A stretch of DNA of 64,000 nt from an uncultured virus (IMG/VR IMGVR_UViG_3300020440_000013) (lineage: Duplodnaviria; Heunggongvirae; Uroviricota; Caudoviricetes). The position numbers and the translations under genes are program-made. The DNA is taken from the IMG/VR virus record IMGVR_UViG_3300020440_000013; one strand, 5' to 3'. Each line of letters opens with the position of its first letter. The stretch's first letter is position 1. Positions 61,076 to 64,000 of this stretch are shown here, piece after piece. The notes beneath the pieces were generated by a model, which saw only the letters and a list, made by a program, of their open reading frames with translations, had not been told where the DNA came from and did not search any database.

Positions 61076-61530
61076 TGGGTTGGTATAGCGAGATATCTCG
61101 AAACATTGGTAAGATACCTGATGCAATTAAATTCTTTGAATCAGAATTACAAGACGCACGGGTTGAGGTAAAACTAAAAGGCAATGTTGAAAAGGCTGCG
61201 GCAAATATGCCCGGCATTGTTGAACACAGGTTTAACCAACTACAAGAGATTGAAGCTATACTCAACTACATGAATATTGAACTTCGACGTTTACGTAGTT
61301 CGTATTTCAAAAAATATCTTGAAAACTATCAACGAGCTCTGTCAAGCCGTGACGTTGAAAAATACGTTGACGGTGAGGCAGACGTTGTTGATTATGAAAA
61401 GATTATTAATGAGTTTGCCTTACTTAGAAATAAATGGTTAGGATTATTAAAAGGACTTGATCAAAAACAGTGGCAGATAACAAATGTAGTTAAATTAAGA
61501 GTTGCTGGAATGGAAGATGCATCAGTCTAA
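61075..61530 (+). CDS. uvsY: Recombination mediator UvsY-like
   Basis: Helical 151 aa, 'D.EKYVDGE.D...K.L..K.WQI.N.VKL..AG'; near uvsX. Confidence 0.75.
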   Translation: MGWYSEISRNIGKIPDAIKFFESELQDARVEVKLKGNVEKAAANMPGIVEHRFNQLQEIEAILNYMNIELRRLRSSYFKKYLENYQRALSSRDVEKYVDGEADVVDYEKIINEFALLRNKWLGLLKGLDQKQWQITNVVKLRVAGMEDASV

Positions 61531-62356
61531 ATATAATGTAATATCAAGTGCAAATCAAAAATATTGGGAATCGGGTTCAAGGATCAATACGTTAACATGG
61601 GATCTAAATCTTGCTTCATATATTAATATACACACATATGCTGAAGATAAACTAGATACAACGGGGTTTAGCACACGTTGCCATTGGTATGATCTATATA
61701 ATGAATGTCCTGATATATTAGAGTTTAAAGAAAAATACAAAGACGATCCTCATTACAACGGAACAAAAGAAACAGGCTTACAAGCATACAAGTTCAATGC
61801 AATTAAGTTTGCACATAAAACATTTCCAATATTTGATCTAGCAAAAAAATTAAATACAGGTTGGCTTATGTGGGTTGATAGTGATGTTATAATTTATAAA
61901 ACATTAGAAAAAGATTTCTTAAATCAAATTTGTCCTCAAAGTAAAGCAATTACATACTTAGGCAGACCGTCAATGTATAGTGAATGCGGCTTTATAGGAT
62001 TTAATTTAGACATGCCAGAAACTAAAATATTCTTAGAACGTTTTAAAGACTTTTATACTAGCGGCAATCTTAGTAATATTAGAGAAACACACGACTCATT
62101 TGTATTTGATCAAGTTATGGAATCATTCTCGGACAAAACAAAATTTTATAACTTAAATACATATGCAAAGACTAACAAGCATCCGTTTTTACAATCTGTT
62201 TTAAAAGAACGTATGACACATGCTAAGGGTTTAGAAAAATTAAGAGTACAAAGAAAATATTTAAAACGTTTTAAGATGCATAAATTTTTAGAAGAACATG
62301 ATCGAATGATGGAGTTTCTACATAAAAAATATGGTCATCTTGGCGCTATAAAATAG
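61517..62356 (+). CDS. Putative glycosyltransferase (GT-A, DxD)
   Basis: 'KF.HK.F', 'WVDSD', 'YLGR...YSECGF..FNL', 'HDSFVFD', 'H.KG'. Confidence 0.6.
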   Translation: MHQSKYNVISSANQKYWESGSRINTLTWDLNLASYINIHTYAEDKLDTTGFSTRCHWYDLYNECPDILEFKEKYKDDPHYNGTKETGLQAYKFNAIKFAHKTFPIFDLAKKLNTGWLMWVDSDVIIYKTLEKDFLNQICPQSKAITYLGRPSMYSECGFIGFNLDMPETKIFLERFKDFYTSGNLSNIRETHDSFVFDQVMESFSDKTKFYNLNTYAKTNKHPFLQSVLKERMTHAKGLEKLRVQRKYLKRFKMHKFLEEHDRMMEFLHKKYGHLGAIK

Positions 62357-62368
62357 AAAGAGAGATTA

Positions 62369-62938
62369 ATGTTGCAAGAACATTTAGGCGGACATGCCGG
62401 CAAAACACATTTAGATAAAATGGCGATAGCCTGGATTAAAGAAAAATTTTTAGCAAAAAGTTTTTTAGATATAGGATGTGGTCCTGGAGGCATGGTCGAA
62501 TATGCAACTTCGCAAGGCTTAGATGCAGTGGGCATCGATGGCGATCATACTCTTAAAAGATTTGACGATAGTAAATTTATATTACACGACTTTACTAACG
62601 GTCCTTGTCCATTGTCTAAACAGTATGACTTTGGTTGGAGTTGTGAGTTTGTAGAACATGTATATGAAAAATATATTCCTAACTATATTCAATCTTTTCA
62701 AAATTGTAAAGTAGTAATGATTACATATGCTCCACCAGGTTGGGTAGGACATCATCATGTTAACTGTCAAGAAGAATATTATTGGATCGATAAATTTAAA
62801 GGATACGGATTAGAATATAGAAAAGATTGGACTGAAGAATTGCGTAAAATTAGCTCTATGAATACTAAAAAAGGCAACGCTACGAAAAAATCTTTTGTAA
62901 AAAATAGAGGATTAATTTTTCAGAATGTCGCAAGATAA
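62369..62938 (+). CDS. SAM-dependent methyltransferase
   Basis: 'FLDIGCGPG', 'GIDG', 'S.EF.EH', 'HHVNCQ...YW'. Confidence 0.85.
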   Translation: MLQEHLGGHAGKTHLDKMAIAWIKEKFLAKSFLDIGCGPGGMVEYATSQGLDAVGIDGDHTLKRFDDSKFILHDFTNGPCPLSKQYDFGWSCEFVEHVYEKYIPNYIQSFQNCKVVMITYAPPGWVGHHHVNCQEEYYWIDKFKGYGLEYRKDWTEELRKISSMNTKKGNATKKSFVKNRGLIFQNVAR

Positions 62939-63866
62939 AGAACCTTTAGTTTTAGGAATAGAAGAAATGTATAGGAATCATCCTATACCTAATCTACCAA
63001 ATTTTAAAATTGTACCTTTTAACGATCCTTTATTAGAACAAGCAGACATATACATACAAAATAATATTATAGATCAAAAAAGAAAAAAATTTAAAAAATA
63101 TTATCAATATATTATTGACAGCGGTAAGCCTTATATATGTGTTGAGTCTGCTGTATTTAGACGCAACATGAAACAGCCTCCACACCCAAAAGCATATCAT
63201 AGATACAGTTGGTTTAGTTATTTTAGAGACGAAGGCTTATATAATAATTTAAATTCAAGTGGAGATCGTTGGAAAAAAATACAACAAGATCAAAATATAG
63301 AAATAAAAGATTGGCGACACGAAGGCGAATATATATTATTGATTATGCAACGCCCTGGAGATAGTAGTTTAAAAAACTTAATGGCTAAGCATGGCGACTA
63401 CGAATCTTTTATTACTAATGTATTAAACGAAATAAGAACATATACTGATAGAAAAATACGTATAAGATTACATCCGTTAAGACAAGAAATACAACACGAA
63501 ATCTTAAAAAAAATAAATGCACCTAATATTGAAATTAGTACAAATATACAAGGAGCAGGTTTACTAGAAGGTGGAAATGGATTATACGAAGACTTTAAAC
63601 ATGCAAGAGTAGTTGTAGGATTTAATTCAAATGCACTAACAGAAAGTGTATGTGAAGGCATACCTACTTTTAGTTTATGCCCAAGTTCAATGGCTTGGGA
63701 GTGTTCAAACCACGATTTAAAATATATAGAAACTCCTGTTATAGATTTAGATAGGACATACTGGTTGCGTAATTTAGGTTATTGTCAATGGAGTGAAGAA
63801 GAAATAGAAAGGGGCGATCCTTGGTATCATCTCAGATCATTGTATCCAGATAACTTGGCTCGATAA
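62925..63866 (+). CDS. Capsule-polysaccharide-modification (KpsS-like)/GT-B family protein
   Basis: 'IL...Q..GD.S', 'R.HP', 'NSNA..E....GIP', 'QW..EEI..G'. Confidence 0.6.
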   Translation: MSQDKEPLVLGIEEMYRNHPIPNLPNFKIVPFNDPLLEQADIYIQNNIIDQKRKKFKKYYQYIIDSGKPYICVESAVFRRNMKQPPHPKAYHRYSWFSYFRDEGLYNNLNSSGDRWKKIQQDQNIEIKDWRHEGEYILLIMQRPGDSSLKNLMAKHGDYESFITNVLNEIRTYTDRKIRIRLHPLRQEIQHEILKKINAPNIEISTNIQGAGLLEGGNGLYEDFKHARVVVGFNSNALTESVCEGIPTFSLCPSSMAWECSNHDLKYIETPVIDLDRTYWLRNLGYCQWSEEEIERGDPWYHLRSLYPDNLAR

Positions 63867-63874
63867 GTATTACT

Positions 63875-64000
63875 ATGGAACAAGTTGTATTAGTTACAGG
63901 TGGTTTTGACCCCTTACACTCAGGACACATTGAGTACTTTAAAGAAGCAAAAAAACTTGGCACTAAACTAATTGTTGGTGTTAATTCGGACGATTGGCTT
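63875..64000 (+). CDS. Cytidylyl/adenylyltransferase (RfaE/TagD-like), 3'-truncated
   Basis: Translates MEQVVLVTGGFDPLHSGHIEYFKEAKKLGTKLIVGVNSDDW (HxGH motif); not in the ORF track. Confidence 0.85.
   Translation, partial: MEQVVLVTGGFDPLHSGHIEYFKEAKKLGTKLIVGVNSDDWL

Noticed and set aside
30124..61516. ORF-track starts at 30124, 33389, 34944, 41310, 43857, 44705, 56114 and 61502
   Set aside because: Downstream ATGs fit SD, promoter position or gene coupling better; coordinates were adjusted.
1..64000. Stop-codon reassignment, as in some large phages
   Set aside because: Genes are full length and densely packed in the standard code; TAA, TAG and TGA all end genes.

Overview
AT-rich segment of a large T4-related (jumbo-like) myovirus genome, probably aquatic; standard genetic code; no tRNA, rRNA, CRISPR or IS element seen. 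1-27 kb: two pairs of giant paralogous fibre/adhesin genes plus smaller fibre/lectin genes. 27-35 kb: a sigma70-driven enzyme island (U32-family/methyltransferase fusion, flavin-dependent halogenase, 2OG-Fe(II) oxygenases, J-domain). 35-40 kb: further virion-type proteins including a subtilisin. 40-56 kb: T4-like core morphogenesis genes (gp15, gp14, gp13, dNMP kinase, gp18, gp19, gp4, terminase). 56-61.5 kb: a putative head protein, gp32, UvsX, UvsY. 61.5-64 kb: start of a glycosylation cluster. Notable signals: a GATAAATA late-promoter motif that often sits 4-5 nt before an SD-less ATG (leaderless genes), a structured GC-rich leader at 3722-3810, an A9 slippery site joining two ORFs, blue-copper-like motifs in three virion-type proteins, and a recurrent D-(D/G/N)-S-(S/T) motif that may be a modification sequon. 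All product calls are by motif recognition only; no searches were run.
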